Shown one piece after another: positions 42,028-51,098 of a stretch of DNA of 64,000 nucleotides. A program made the translations under genes and the position numbers. The stretch covers positions 94,343 to 158,342 of the forward strand of contig CAWGCX010000006.1 in the NCBI GenBank assembly GCA_963821255.1. The letters run 5' to 3'. Below the pieces are notes generated by a model, which saw only the letters and a program-made list of their open reading frames with translations, was not told the DNA's origin and ran no database searches. Within the stretch, counting starts at the first letter, position 1. Each line of letters begins with the position of its first letter. The DNA is from an uncultured Alphaproteobacteria bacterium (lineage in GTDB: Bacteria; Pseudomonadota; Alphaproteobacteria; Rhizobiales; Methyloligellaceae).

Positions 42028-42561
42028 ATGCTGCGCTGCACCTTCGCCGCCGCCGTGCTGCTCGCCGGCGCTGCGCTCTTTGTCCCGCCTCCTGCTTTCG
42101 CCGAGTCCGGCGGTGCCCCCCCCGCCGAGAACAAAGATAATAAGGAGGCCGAGAAGCCGCCGGAGGGCGATGCCGAGAAGGCCAAGGCGCAGGCTAAGGC
42201 CGAGCAGGAAGCTACAGCCAAGGCGATGGAGGAATATCGCGCCGCCGCCACGACTTTGCCGAGCGCCGCTGGCGCCGCGGAGTGCGTGTGGACCGGCCGG
42301 CGCATCGCGAGCCTGCTCTGGCGCGACGACATCGACACCGCGCGCCGCTATATCGATCTCTACGACCGCTTCAGTTGCTCGCCGGAGCATTTGAAGCTTG
42401 TGTTTCGTTGCGTCATCCAACAGGGGCCGCTCGACCCCAAGGCCGCGGACCGTCTTGCGTCCCGCGTGCATGATTGCTGGATGGCGCCCGGGACACCGAC
42501 AACCGCCGCGAGCCAGGCAACGACCAGCTCCACCGAAAAAGGCGGAACGATTCCCAACTAA
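42028..42561 (+). CDS. Secreted hypothetical protein in the position of ndvD of the Bradyrhizobium glucan locus
   Basis: Signal peptide MLRCTFAAAVLLAGAALFVPPPAFA, a Lys/Glu/Ala-rich linker, and a Cys-containing C-terminal domain. It lies between the ndvC-like and ndvB-like genes. The ndvD assignment rests on position only. Confidence 0.55.
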   Translation: MLRCTFAAAVLLAGAALFVPPPAFAESGGAPPAENKDNKEAEKPPEGDAEKAKAQAKAEQEATAKAMEEYRAAATTLPSAAGAAECVWTGRRIASLLWRDDIDTARRYIDLYDRFSCSPEHLKLVFRCVIQQGPLDPKAADRLASRVHDCWMAPGTPTTAASQATTSSTEKGGTIPN

Positions 42562-42654
42562 AAAAGTTTAGGGATGGGCTGCGGAATGTTCGCGGCACGG
42601 CGGCCGAGGGGGACACGTCCAAGCCGGATTCAGGGGACTGAGACTCCGATAAAA

Positions 42655-45318
42655 ATGCGTAACGTCCTTGTCGTCGTTGTGGTCGCGCTGGTGACCGCGC
42701 TGCATGCTGGTGCATGGCTTCTCCTTCACGATGCTGTGTCGCCCCCGAACGCCAATGGCGCCCTCGCGAGCGTCTCGTTCGCGCCGATCGATTCAAGCCA
42801 GACCGGCGAAGCGGGCCAGGTCAGCGAGGCGCAGATCAAGTCCGACCTCGCCGCGATCGCGCTCTATACCCGCGCGGTCAGGACCTATAGCTCGATCGAC
42901 GGGCTCGAGCGCGTGCCGCCGCTCGCTGCGGAATACGGCCTTCGCGTCACGCTCGGCGTGTGGCTCGATACGTGGGAGGAGCGCAACGAGCGCGAGATCG
43001 AGAGCGCGATCGAACTCACCAAGCGCTATCGCAACATCGACAGCGTCATTGTCGGCAACGAGACGATCTACCGCAACCGCACGCTCTATGGCGGCGATGA
43101 CGTCAAGGCGCTGATCGACAAGATCCATCGCGTCAAGCGCGAAGTCAACGTGCCGGTGTCAACCGCCGAAGTGTGGGACATCTGGCTCGATCACCCGGAG
43201 CTTGCCTCGGCGGTCGATTATCTCGCCGTGCACATCCTGCCCTATTGGGAAGGCTTGCCCGCCAATGTCGCCGTCGACCATGCGGCGAAGGTCTATGAGC
43301 GGTTGCGCCAAGCCTATCCGGGCAAGCGTATCGTGATCGCCGAGTTTGGCTGGCCGAGTGCAGGAATGAACCGCAAAGAGGCGGAGCCCGGGGCGCTTGC
43401 GCAAGCGCAGGTCGTCCGCGATTTCGTCGCGCGCGCCGACGCCATGGGCATCGACTATTCGATCGTCGAGGCGTTCGACCAGCCCTGGAAGACGGCCGAA
43501 GGCAGCGTCGGGCCGTATTGGGGCATTTTCAACGCCGACCGTGCGCCGAAATTCGCGCTGGCCGGCGCCGTCGAGACGCCGAACTTCCTCTTCAAGATGT
43601 TGAGCGCGCTCGGGATCGGCCTCTTGCTCGCGATTCCGATTTTCGCCATGCCGCGCGTGACTGCCGCGCAAGCCAGCGTGCTTGCGGCCACCGCTGCCGC
43701 GATCGGCGCCTGGTCGGCCAATGTCGTCGACTACTGGGTCACGCACTATTTCGTGCTCGGCTCGCAGATCGCCATGTTCGCGGGCGCAGTGCTGCTCGTG
43801 CCGCTCATCATGATCATGCGGCAGCGGATCGACGAGCTCGCCGCCATCCTGTTCGGCGCGAAGCCGCTGCGCCTGCTCACGCCGGGCGAAGCGCCGTCGC
43901 CCGCACATGCGCCGTTCGTCTCGATCCACATCCCCGCCTGCCGCGAGCCGCCGGACATGCTGCGCCAGACGCTCGACAGCGTGGCGCGGCTCGACTGGCC
44001 GAATTTCGAGTGCGTCGTGGTGGTCAACAACACGCCCGACCCCGCTTTGTGGGAGCCGGTCGAGGAGCATTGCCGGCAGCTCGGCGAGCGCTTCAAGTTC
44101 GTGCGCGAGGACAGGCTGCAGGGCTTCAAGGCGGGCGCGCTGAGGCTCGCGCTCGAGCATACCGCGCAAGAGGCGGAGATCATCGGCGTGCTCGATGCCG
44201 ACTACGTCGTCTCGCCCGACTGGCTCAAGGACCTCATGCCGGCCTTCGCCGATCCTGCCGTCGGGCTCGTGCAGGCCCCGCAAGACCATCGCGACGGCAA
44301 TCGCTGCCTGACGCACGCGGCGATGAACCGCGAATATGCGGGCTTCTTCGACATCGGCATGGTGCAGCGGAACGAGGCCGACGCGATCATCGCGCACGGC
44401 ACGATGTGCCTGATCAAGCGCGCGGCGCTGCTCGATGCCGGCAACTGGTCGAGCGACACGATCGTCGAGGACAGCGATCTCGGGCTCGCGCTGCTCGCGC
44501 GGGGCTGGCGTGCGCATTACACCAAGACGCGCTACGGCTATGGCCTACTGCCGACGGACTTTGCCGCCTATAAGAAACAGCGCCACCGCTGGGCCTATGG
44601 CGGCGTGCAGCTTATCAGGAAGCATTGGCGCGCGTTTCTGCCCGGCGGCAGCCGGCTCACCCCGCAGCAAAAGGCCCAGTTCCTGTTTGGTTGGCTGACT
44701 TGGCTCGGCGCCGAGAGCCTCGGCGTGCTGATCGCGATCCTGAATTTGATCTGGATGCCGCTTGTCGCATTCTTTGCCATCGCCGTGCCTGAAGCCGTGC
44801 TGCTCATGCCGGTGCTTGCCACCTTCGCCGTCACGCTCCTGCATTTCATGGTGCTCTACCGCACCCGCGTCGAGGCGCCCATCTTCGCCTCGCTCGGTGC
44901 GGCACTCTCGGCCATGGCACTGCAATTCACCGTGGGGCGCGCGGTGCTCGACGGCGTGGTGCGCGGCGAGTTGCCTTTCGTGCGCACCGCCAAGGGCTCG
45001 ACCGCGCGCTGGCAGGATAATTTCCCGGCGCTGTGGGAGGCGGTGCTCGGCGGATTGCTGCTGCTTGGCGCGCTCATGCTTCACCGGACCAATGAGAACC
45101 AGGTGCGCGAGGTCTCGATCTTCAGCGCCGTGCTGTTCGTGCAGAGCCTGCCCTTCCTCGCGGCGGTCGGCATGGCGCTCGTCGAGCGGTCCCGGCTGAA
45201 CACCTTCGCCACCTGGCGGAGGCTCGCCTCGCTGCCGATCTATCGGCCACGCCTGCCGCGCGGCCCCGCGCCCACCGCAGGTCCGCAAGCGGGCGGCGGC
45301 ATCGAGGCCGTGCCCTAA
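42655..45318 (+). CDS. ndvB: Bifunctional GH17 domain plus family-2 glycosyltransferase membrane protein (Bradyrhizobium-type NdvB beta-1,3-glucan synthase; not the Sinorhizobium beta-1,2 NdvB)
   Basis: N-terminal GH17 (VGNETIYR...VHILPYWEG...IAEFGWPSAG...EAFDQPWK...YWGIF). Then GT2 motifs (VSIHIPACREPP, VLDADYVV, EDSDLGL, QRHRWAYGG) and flanking TM helices. Confidence 0.85.
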   Translation: MRNVLVVVVVALVTALHAGAWLLLHDAVSPPNANGALASVSFAPIDSSQTGEAGQVSEAQIKSDLAAIALYTRAVRTYSSIDGLERVPPLAAEYGLRVTLGVWLDTWEERNEREIESAIELTKRYRNIDSVIVGNETIYRNRTLYGGDDVKALIDKIHRVKREVNVPVSTAEVWDIWLDHPELASAVDYLAVHILPYWEGLPANVAVDHAAKVYERLRQAYPGKRIVIAEFGWPSAGMNRKEAEPGALAQAQVVRDFVARADAMGIDYSIVEAFDQPWKTAEGSVGPYWGIFNADRAPKFALAGAVETPNFLFKMLSALGIGLLLAIPIFAMPRVTAAQASVLAATAAAIGAWSANVVDYWVTHYFVLGSQIAMFAGAVLLVPLIMIMRQRIDELAAILFGAKPLRLLTPGEAPSPAHAPFVSIHIPACREPPDMLRQTLDSVARLDWPNFECVVVVNNTPDPALWEPVEEHCRQLGERFKFVREDRLQGFKAGALRLALEHTAQEAEIIGVLDADYVVSPDWLKDLMPAFADPAVGLVQAPQDHRDGNRCLTHAAMNREYAGFFDIGMVQRNEADAIIAHGTMCLIKRAALLDAGNWSSDTIVEDSDLGLALLARGWRAHYTKTRYGYGLLPTDFAAYKKQRHRWAYGGVQLIRKHWRAFLPGGSRLTPQQKAQFLFGWLTWLGAESLGVLIAILNLIWMPLVAFFAIAVPEAVLLMPVLATFAVTLLHFMVLYRTRVEAPIFASLGAALSAMALQFTVGRAVLDGVVRGELPFVRTAKGSTARWQDNFPALWEAVLGGLLLLGALMLHRTNENQVREVSIFSAVLFVQSLPFLAAVGMALVERSRLNTFATWRRLASLPIYRPRLPRGPAPTAGPQAGGGIEAVP

Positions 45319-45379
45319 CCGCCTCTGCGGCCACCAATTTCCGGCTCCAACGTTCCACGTCTGGTTTCCGGCCTCCGGC

Positions 45380-46144
45380 TTGCCTACATTGCTGGTGAGG
45401 GATCAGCCTAAAGCCAGCCGCCTTGCGTGGGGTCAGCCTGTGTCGACGTGGATCGCGCTCTTCATCCTCGCGTTTGCCGCGATGCTGCTCGTCGGCAACG
45501 AGTCCGGCATGATCGCCGGGCTCGACAGCACGACCTTCGGCTATGCGGCCTTTCTGGTGGCCCTCCTTGTCTATCTCGCAGGCGGGTTCCTCTCGAGCTA
45601 TGGCGGCCGTCGCGCGCGCGGCATCGCACGCGATGCGGTCGCCTGGCTCGCGCTGGGCATCGGCCTCGTCGCGCTCTATTCCTATCGCAACGAGCTGATG
45701 CCCATCGCGGGGCGTGTGGCGGGCGAGCTTCTGCCCGGCAGCGCCATGACGGTCGGGGAGAGCGAGGGCGGGGCCGCCGAGGTTCGCATCAGGCGCAGGC
45801 TCGATGGCCATTTCACCGCGCATGTCGACGTGAACGGCGAGCAGGTCTCGATGATCGTCGACACCGGCGCCACCAGCATCGTGCTCAGGCCCCAGGACGC
45901 GCGCAAAGCCGGGATCGACACCGACAATCTCACTTATTCCATCCCGGTGCTGACCGCGAACGGCCGCACAGTGGCCGCGCGTGTCCGCCTCGACAAGGTC
46001 TCGATCGGCCCGCTCGACCGGCAGAAGGTCGATGCGCTCGTCGCCCAGGACGGCGCGCTGACCCAGAGCCTGCTCGGTATGAGTTTCTTAAGCCGCCTGC
46101 GCTCCTATGAGTTTTCCGGGGATTTCCTGACGCTCCGCGGCTGA
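45380..46144 (+). CDS. Membrane-anchored retropepsin-like (clan AA, TIGR02281-type) aspartic protease
   Basis: N-terminal TM helices, then GHFTAHVDVNGEQVSMIVDTGATSIVL and ...SLLGMSFLSRLRSYEFSGDFLTLR. The start is uncertain (TTG 45380 or GTG 45440). Confidence 0.8.
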   Translation: MPTLLVRDQPKASRLAWGQPVSTWIALFILAFAAMLLVGNESGMIAGLDSTTFGYAAFLVALLVYLAGGFLSSYGGRRARGIARDAVAWLALGIGLVALYSYRNELMPIAGRVAGELLPGSAMTVGESEGGAAEVRIRRRLDGHFTAHVDVNGEQVSMIVDTGATSIVLRPQDARKAGIDTDNLTYSIPVLTANGRTVAARVRLDKVSIGPLDRQKVDALVAQDGALTQSLLGMSFLSRLRSYEFSGDFLTLRG

Positions 46145-46225
46145 TGCCCGGCGGGGCGCGCTGCCCCGAGGAGCCACCGCGGCTTTGAGCCCTTCAGCCA
46201 GACATGCGTTGCGCGAAGCCTCGCT

Positions 46226-46728
46226 TTGGCTGCCGTGGGACTCGGAGCGCTTCTGCTCGTCTGTTTCTTCGACGATCTGCGAAGCGCGCTCGGGCCCGGC
46301 GGCAAGGGCGCGCGGCGGGACGTCACCATGTTCGAGGCGAGCGAAGAGAAGCGGCTGGGCTTTGCCCGCGAGGTGCGGCTCAGTCCGACGGGCGCGGGCA
46401 CTTCATGCTCGACGCCGCTGTCAACGACCGCGCCGCGACCTTCATAGACGATACCGGCGCGACGCTCGTGGCGCTCACCTATGAGGACGCGGAGCAGCTG
46501 GGGCTTGCGCCGCGCAGTCTCGATTTCTCCGCGCACGCGCAGACCGCGAGTGGCGTCGCGCGCGTGGCGCCCATCACGCTCGACCGCGTGCGCGTCGACG
46601 ACATCATTGTGCGCGACGTGCCGGCCGTGGGCGGCGCGGGCGCTTGGCACCAATTTGCTCGGCATGAGTTCTTGGGCCGGCTCAAGAGCGTCCAGGTGCA
46701 GGGCGGCGAGCTCGTGCTGACGCAATAA
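46226..46728 (+). pseudogene. Second retropepsin-like aspartic protease copy with three frame changes
   Basis: MAAVGLGALLLVCFF...REVRLSP in one frame. DGRGHFMLDAAVNDRAATFIDDTGATLVAL...IIVRDVPAV in another. ARALGTNLLGMS in a third. It returns for FLGRLKSVQVQGGELVLTQ. Confidence 0.7.
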
Positions 46729-46737
46729 GGCGGCGAC

Positions 46738-47637
46738 TCAGCTCGGGTCGAGCACCGGCACGCCTTGCGGGTGCTTCGCCTTGTTCTCCGGCTCGACATG
46801 GATGGTGACCGCGGCGCCCGGGATGTCGGATTTGAGCGCCGCCTCGATGCGGTCGCAGATGTCGTGCGCCTCTGCCACGGTCACGTTCCCCGGTACCACC
46901 AGATGGAACTGGATGAAGGTCGTGCGCCCGGCATGTCGCGTGCGGAGGTCGTGCGCCTCGAGCGCGCCAATCGCCTCCTTGGAGATCACCTCGCGGATGC
47001 GGGCGAGCACGGCTTCCGGCGGCGCCTCGTCCATCAGGCCACCGATCGATTCCCGCATCAGCCGCCAGCCCGCCCACAGGATATTGAGCGCGACGAGCGC
47101 CGCGATGGCGGGATCGAGCACGAGCCAGCCGGTCAGCGCGACCAGCGCCACGCCGATGAGCACGCCGACAGAGGTGATGACGTCGGTCAGGAGATGCCGC
47201 GCGTCGGCGGTGAGCGCCGGCGAACGCCACGCCCTCCCGAAACGGAACAGCGCGTAGCACCAGGCGCCGTTGATCGCGCTGGCAAGCCCGTTGACGGCGA
47301 GGCCGTCGACCGGCGCCTCGAGCGGTTTCGGATCGAGAAAAGCGAAATAGGCCTCGCGCAGGATGGACAAAGCCGCGACGACGATCAGCACGCCGATCAG
47401 CACTGCCGAGAGATACTCCACCTTCTGGTGGCCGAAGGGATGGCTCGCGTCGGGCGGCACGGCGGAAAACCGCACTGCGAGGAAGATCGTGACCGCGGTC
47501 GCGACGTTGACGATGCTTTCGAGCGCGTCGGAATAGAGCGCCACGCTGCCCGTGAGCAGATAGGCGGCATATTTCAGCGCGAGCACTATCAGGCCAACGA
47601 CGATGCTACCGGCTGCGAGCCGTACCGTTTTGTCCAT
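46738..47637 (-). CDS. Cation diffusion facilitator family divalent-metal efflux transporter
   Basis: Six TM helices with the SDALESIVNV and HLLTDVITSVGV motifs, plus a cytoplasmic C-terminal domain. Confidence 0.9.
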   Translation of the reverse strand: MDKTVRLAAGSIVVGLIVLALKYAAYLLTGSVALYSDALESIVNVATAVTIFLAVRFSAVPPDASHPFGHQKVEYLSAVLIGVLIVVAALSILREAYFAFLDPKPLEAPVDGLAVNGLASAINGAWCYALFRFGRAWRSPALTADARHLLTDVITSVGVLIGVALVALTGWLVLDPAIAALVALNILWAGWRLMRESIGGLMDEAPPEAVLARIREVISKEAIGALEAHDLRTRHAGRTTFIQFHLVVPGNVTVAEAHDICDRIEAALKSDIPGAAVTIHVEPENKAKHPQGVPVLDPS

Positions 47638-47780
47638 GCGGGTCGCCTAGTCGCTCCGGGGAGGCGTTGCAACTGCAATTGGCGAGAATGAAACTCGCTT
47701 GCATTTGAAGAGTTGGTGACACACAAAAAAATCCCCTATTAGAAACCGCCCGTTGGAAGCGCCACAGATCGAGAGGCTGC

Positions 47781-49283
47781 ATGTTCCCTAAGCCGCGCCA
47801 CGACCTCGTTCCCAATACGGCCGATTTCGAGCGGCTGCCTCTCATCAAGCCGACGGGCTTTCGCGAGTACGATGCTCGCTGGCTCTTCCCGCAGGAAATC
47901 AACCTGCTCGGACTTGAGGCGGTCGGGCTCGGGCTCGCCACTTTGATGCGCGAGCGCGGCGTCCCGCCGCGGATCGTCGTCGGGCACGACTACCGCTCCT
48001 ATTCGGGCGCGGTGAAAGCAGCGCTCACCACGGGCCTGCTCGCCGGCGGCGCCGAGGTGCACGATATCGGGCTCGCGCTCTCGCCCATGGCCTATTTCGC
48101 GCAGTTCGAGCTTGGCGTGGAAGGCGTGGCGATGGTCACCGCGAGCCATAACGACAATGGCTGGACCGGCATCAAGATGGGCTTCGAGCGGCCGCTCACC
48201 TTCTCGCCGGAAGACATGACCGCGCTGAAGGAGATCGTCATGAACGCAGCCTTCACGCGAGCCGAGCAAGGCGGCCGGTATATCTATGTGCCGGACCTGC
48301 CCGAGCGCTACATGGCGGACCTGCTTGCGCGGCCGAAGTTGATCCGGCCGCTGAAGGTCGTTGTGTCTTGTGGCAACGGCACGGCGAGCGCGTTCGCGCC
48401 GCGCGTTTTAGCCGAGCTTGGCGCGACCGTGATCCCCCTCAATTGCGAGCTCGACTACAGCTTCCCCGCGCACAACCCGAACCCCGAGGACCTCTCCATG
48501 CTGAACGCCACGCGCGAGGTGGTGCTCGCGCATGGCGCCGATCTCGCGCTCGCCTTCGACGGCGACGGCGACCGCTGCGGGGTGATCGACAATGAAGGCG
48601 AGGCGATCTACGCCGATAAAGTCGGCGTGATGCTCGCCCGCGACATCGCCGCGCGCAATCCTGGCGCGCTGTTCGTTGCCGACGTGAAGTCGACCGGTCT
48701 GTTCCTCACCGATCCGGTGCTGGGCTCGCATGGCGCCAAGACCGTGTTCTGGAAGACGGGCCATTCCTACATCAAGCGCTACAGCCACGAGACGGGCGCG
48801 CTGGTCGGGTTCGAGAAGTCGGGCCACTTCTTCTTCAACCCGCCGATCGGGCGCGGCTATGACGACGGGCTGGTGGCGGCGCTCGCCGTGCTCGACATGC
48901 TCGACCGCAATCCAGACAAGACGCTCGCGGAGCTGAAGCGCGAATTGCCGCGTACCTGGCAGTCCCCGACCATGTCGCCGCATTGCGACGACGAGAAGAA
49001 ATATGGCGTGGTGGACCGCGTGGTGGAGCATTTCCAGACTGTCGCGGCCAATGGCGGTGAGCTGGCAGGGCAGAAGATCCGCGAGTTGATCACCGTCAAC
49101 GGCATTCGCATTGTGCTCGAGGACGGGACGTGGGGCTTGGTGCGCGCCTCATCGAACAAGCCGGAGCTCGTGGTCGTGGTGGAAAGCCCGACCTCGGAAG
49201 CGAATATGCGCGCGATCTTCGCCGAGATCGACGCCGAGCTTGCCAAGCACGAGGAAGTCGGCGCCTACAACCAGAAGATCTGA
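47781..49283 (+). CDS. Phosphomannomutase / phosphoglucomutase
   Basis: TASHNDNGWTGIK (catalytic Ser loop), FDGDGDRCG (Mg site) and GFEKSGHFFF (sugar loop). Confidence 0.92.
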   Translation: MFPKPRHDLVPNTADFERLPLIKPTGFREYDARWLFPQEINLLGLEAVGLGLATLMRERGVPPRIVVGHDYRSYSGAVKAALTTGLLAGGAEVHDIGLALSPMAYFAQFELGVEGVAMVTASHNDNGWTGIKMGFERPLTFSPEDMTALKEIVMNAAFTRAEQGGRYIYVPDLPERYMADLLARPKLIRPLKVVVSCGNGTASAFAPRVLAELGATVIPLNCELDYSFPAHNPNPEDLSMLNATREVVLAHGADLALAFDGDGDRCGVIDNEGEAIYADKVGVMLARDIAARNPGALFVADVKSTGLFLTDPVLGSHGAKTVFWKTGHSYIKRYSHETGALVGFEKSGHFFFNPPIGRGYDDGLVAALAVLDMLDRNPDKTLAELKRELPRTWQSPTMSPHCDDEKKYGVVDRVVEHFQTVAANGGELAGQKIRELITVNGIRIVLEDGTWGLVRASSNKPELVVVVESPTSEANMRAIFAEIDAELAKHEEVGAYNQKI

Positions 49284-49368
49284 GCGCAGCAGCGCGCGCG
49301 GCCGCCACGGAACCGTCAGCGTTCCGTTGCAATTCTGCAAAACGAATCTGCTTCGTTGCGCGCGTAGC

Positions 49369-49989
49369 ATGATCGATCCCTCCTTCACATATTCGATCTT
49401 CGCGGCAGGCCTCGTCGCGGGCGTCACGCTCGATGTCCTGCTTCTCTGCACGCTCACCGCGCCGGGCTTTCGCATCTGGCCTACGCCCGAGCCGGGAAGC
49501 TGGCAGAGCCTGACATTTTGGGGACTGTTTCGCGGCGGCATGGTTGCGACGTTTCTCGTCGCCGCATTGGATTGGAATGGCGCCGGGCTGCTCGACGGAA
49601 GTCGCTTCATCGTCGGCGCGCCGCTGTTCCTTATTGGCTTCGGCATCACCGTCTGCGGCTATTTCAACCTCGGCCTCGGCAATACCTATTGCGGGGCCGA
49701 GGGGCTGGTGAGCCACGGCCTCTATCGCTTCAGCCGCAACCCGCAATATGCCTCTTCCATCACGGGGCTCGGGGGGCTCGCCATCTGCACCAACTCGTGG
49801 CTCGCAGCCGTGCTCGCCATGGTGATGTGCGCGGCTTATGTGCTGATGGCGCTCGTTGAAGAAGCCTGGCTTGAGGAACGCTACGGCGCGTCCTATCGCG
49901 ATTATTGCGAGTGCACCGCGCGCTTCCTCGACGTGCCGGCGGTCGCCGCGCTGATCGAGCGCAAGAAAATTTCCGACCAAACGAGCTAA
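49369..49989 (+). CDS. Isoprenylcysteine carboxyl methyltransferase-family membrane methyltransferase
   Basis: ATG at 49369. Polytopic, with LVSHGLYRFSRNPQY...EEAWLEERYG. Confidence 0.75.
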   Translation: MIDPSFTYSIFAAGLVAGVTLDVLLLCTLTAPGFRIWPTPEPGSWQSLTFWGLFRGGMVATFLVAALDWNGAGLLDGSRFIVGAPLFLIGFGITVCGYFNLGLGNTYCGAEGLVSHGLYRFSRNPQYASSITGLGGLAICTNSWLAAVLAMVMCAAYVLMALVEEAWLEERYGASYRDYCECTARFLDVPAVAALIERKKISDQTS

Positions 49990-49991
49990 AG

Positions 49992-51014
49992 CTACTCGGC
50001 GGCGATGGCGCTCACCGCTCCGCCCGCCACGATGCTGCGCGCGTCCTGCAGCACCGCAATCCCCGCGCCGTCGAGATGCGCATGCTCGGCGAGATGCCGG
50101 CGGAAGGCCCGCGCGCGCGGCTGGCCGTGGAACAGGCCAAGAATGTGTCGCGTCATCTGGTTGAGCCGTGCGCCGCGCGCGAGCTGCGCCTCTACATAAG
50201 ACATGAACGCGTCAAGCACGTCGAGCCGCGATGGCGGCCTGTCGTTCGCGCCGAACAGCGCGCGATCGACCTCCGCCAGCAGATACGGATCGGCATAGGC
50301 CGCACGACCGAGCATCACGCCGTCGATATGGTCGAGATGGGGAAGGGCCTCGGCGAAGGACGCCATGCCGCCATTGATCACGACCTCGAGCTCGGGCCGG
50401 CGCGCCTTCAGCCGCCACACGCGATCGTGGTCGAGCGGCGGGATTTCGCGGTTCTCCTTCGGGCTCAATCCGTCAAGCCAGGCCTTGCGCGCATGCACGA
50501 CGAACGTCCCACAACCCGCTTGCGCCACCGTGTCGATGAACCTGTCCAAGCTCTCCTCGGCGTCCTGGTCGTCGATGCCGATACGGCATTTCACCGTGAC
50601 CGGCACGTTCACCGCCGCACGCATCGCCGCGACGCACTCCGCGACGAGCGAAGGCTCGCCCATCAGGCAGGCGCCGAAGCGCCCGGATTGCACGCGGTCG
50701 GACGGACAGCCGATGTTCAGGTTGATCTCGTCATAGCCCCAATCGGCGCCGATCTCCGCGGCGCGGGTGAGCTTGTCCGGGTCGCTCCCGCCGAGCTGCA
50801 GCCCGAGCGGGTGCTCCTCCGGCGAGAAACCGAGAACGCGCTCGCTGTCGCCATAGAGCACCGCGTCAGCGGTCACCATCTCGGTGTAGAGGAACGTGCG
50901 CCGCGAGATCAGCCGCAAGAAATAGCGGCAGTGGCGGTCGGTCCACTCCATCATCGGCGCCACGCAGAAGCGGTGCGCGCGCGAGATCGCGCGATCGGGC
51001 TGCAAACGGTTCAT
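49992..51014 (-). CDS. dusA: tRNA-dihydrouridine(20/20a) synthase
   Basis: FCVAPMMEWTDRHCRYF...LNIGCPSDRVQSGRFGACLM...VHARKAWL.GLSPKENREIPPL. Confidence 0.93.
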   Translation of the reverse strand: MNRLQPDRAISRAHRFCVAPMMEWTDRHCRYFLRLISRRTFLYTEMVTADAVLYGDSERVLGFSPEEHPLGLQLGGSDPDKLTRAAEIGADWGYDEINLNIGCPSDRVQSGRFGACLMGEPSLVAECVAAMRAAVNVPVTVKCRIGIDDQDAEESLDRFIDTVAQAGCGTFVVHARKAWLDGLSPKENREIPPLDHDRVWRLKARRPELEVVINGGMASFAEALPHLDHIDGVMLGRAAYADPYLLAEVDRALFGANDRPPSRLDVLDAFMSYVEAQLARGARLNQMTRHILGLFHGQPRARAFRRHLAEHAHLDGAGIAVLQDARSIVAGGAVSAIAAE

Positions 51015-51098
51015 GCCCCCTCAGATGGCCCATGCGTGGGCCGCTGGCAAGCTTTACGGGCTTGAGTTCGGGCCACGCTTCGGGCAAAGGCTTTGGTC

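Noticed and set aside
43159-45288. Several 250-450 codon ORFs antisense to, or out of frame with, the ndvB-like gene.
   Set aside because: The GH17 and GT2 motifs define the plus-strand frame starting at 42655. The others are compositional artefacts.
46645-46658. Sigma-54-like TGGCAC-N4-TTGC motif.
   Set aside because: The spacing is one nucleotide short of the -24/-12 consensus. It lies inside the decayed protease pseudogene, pointing at the 3' end of a convergent gene.
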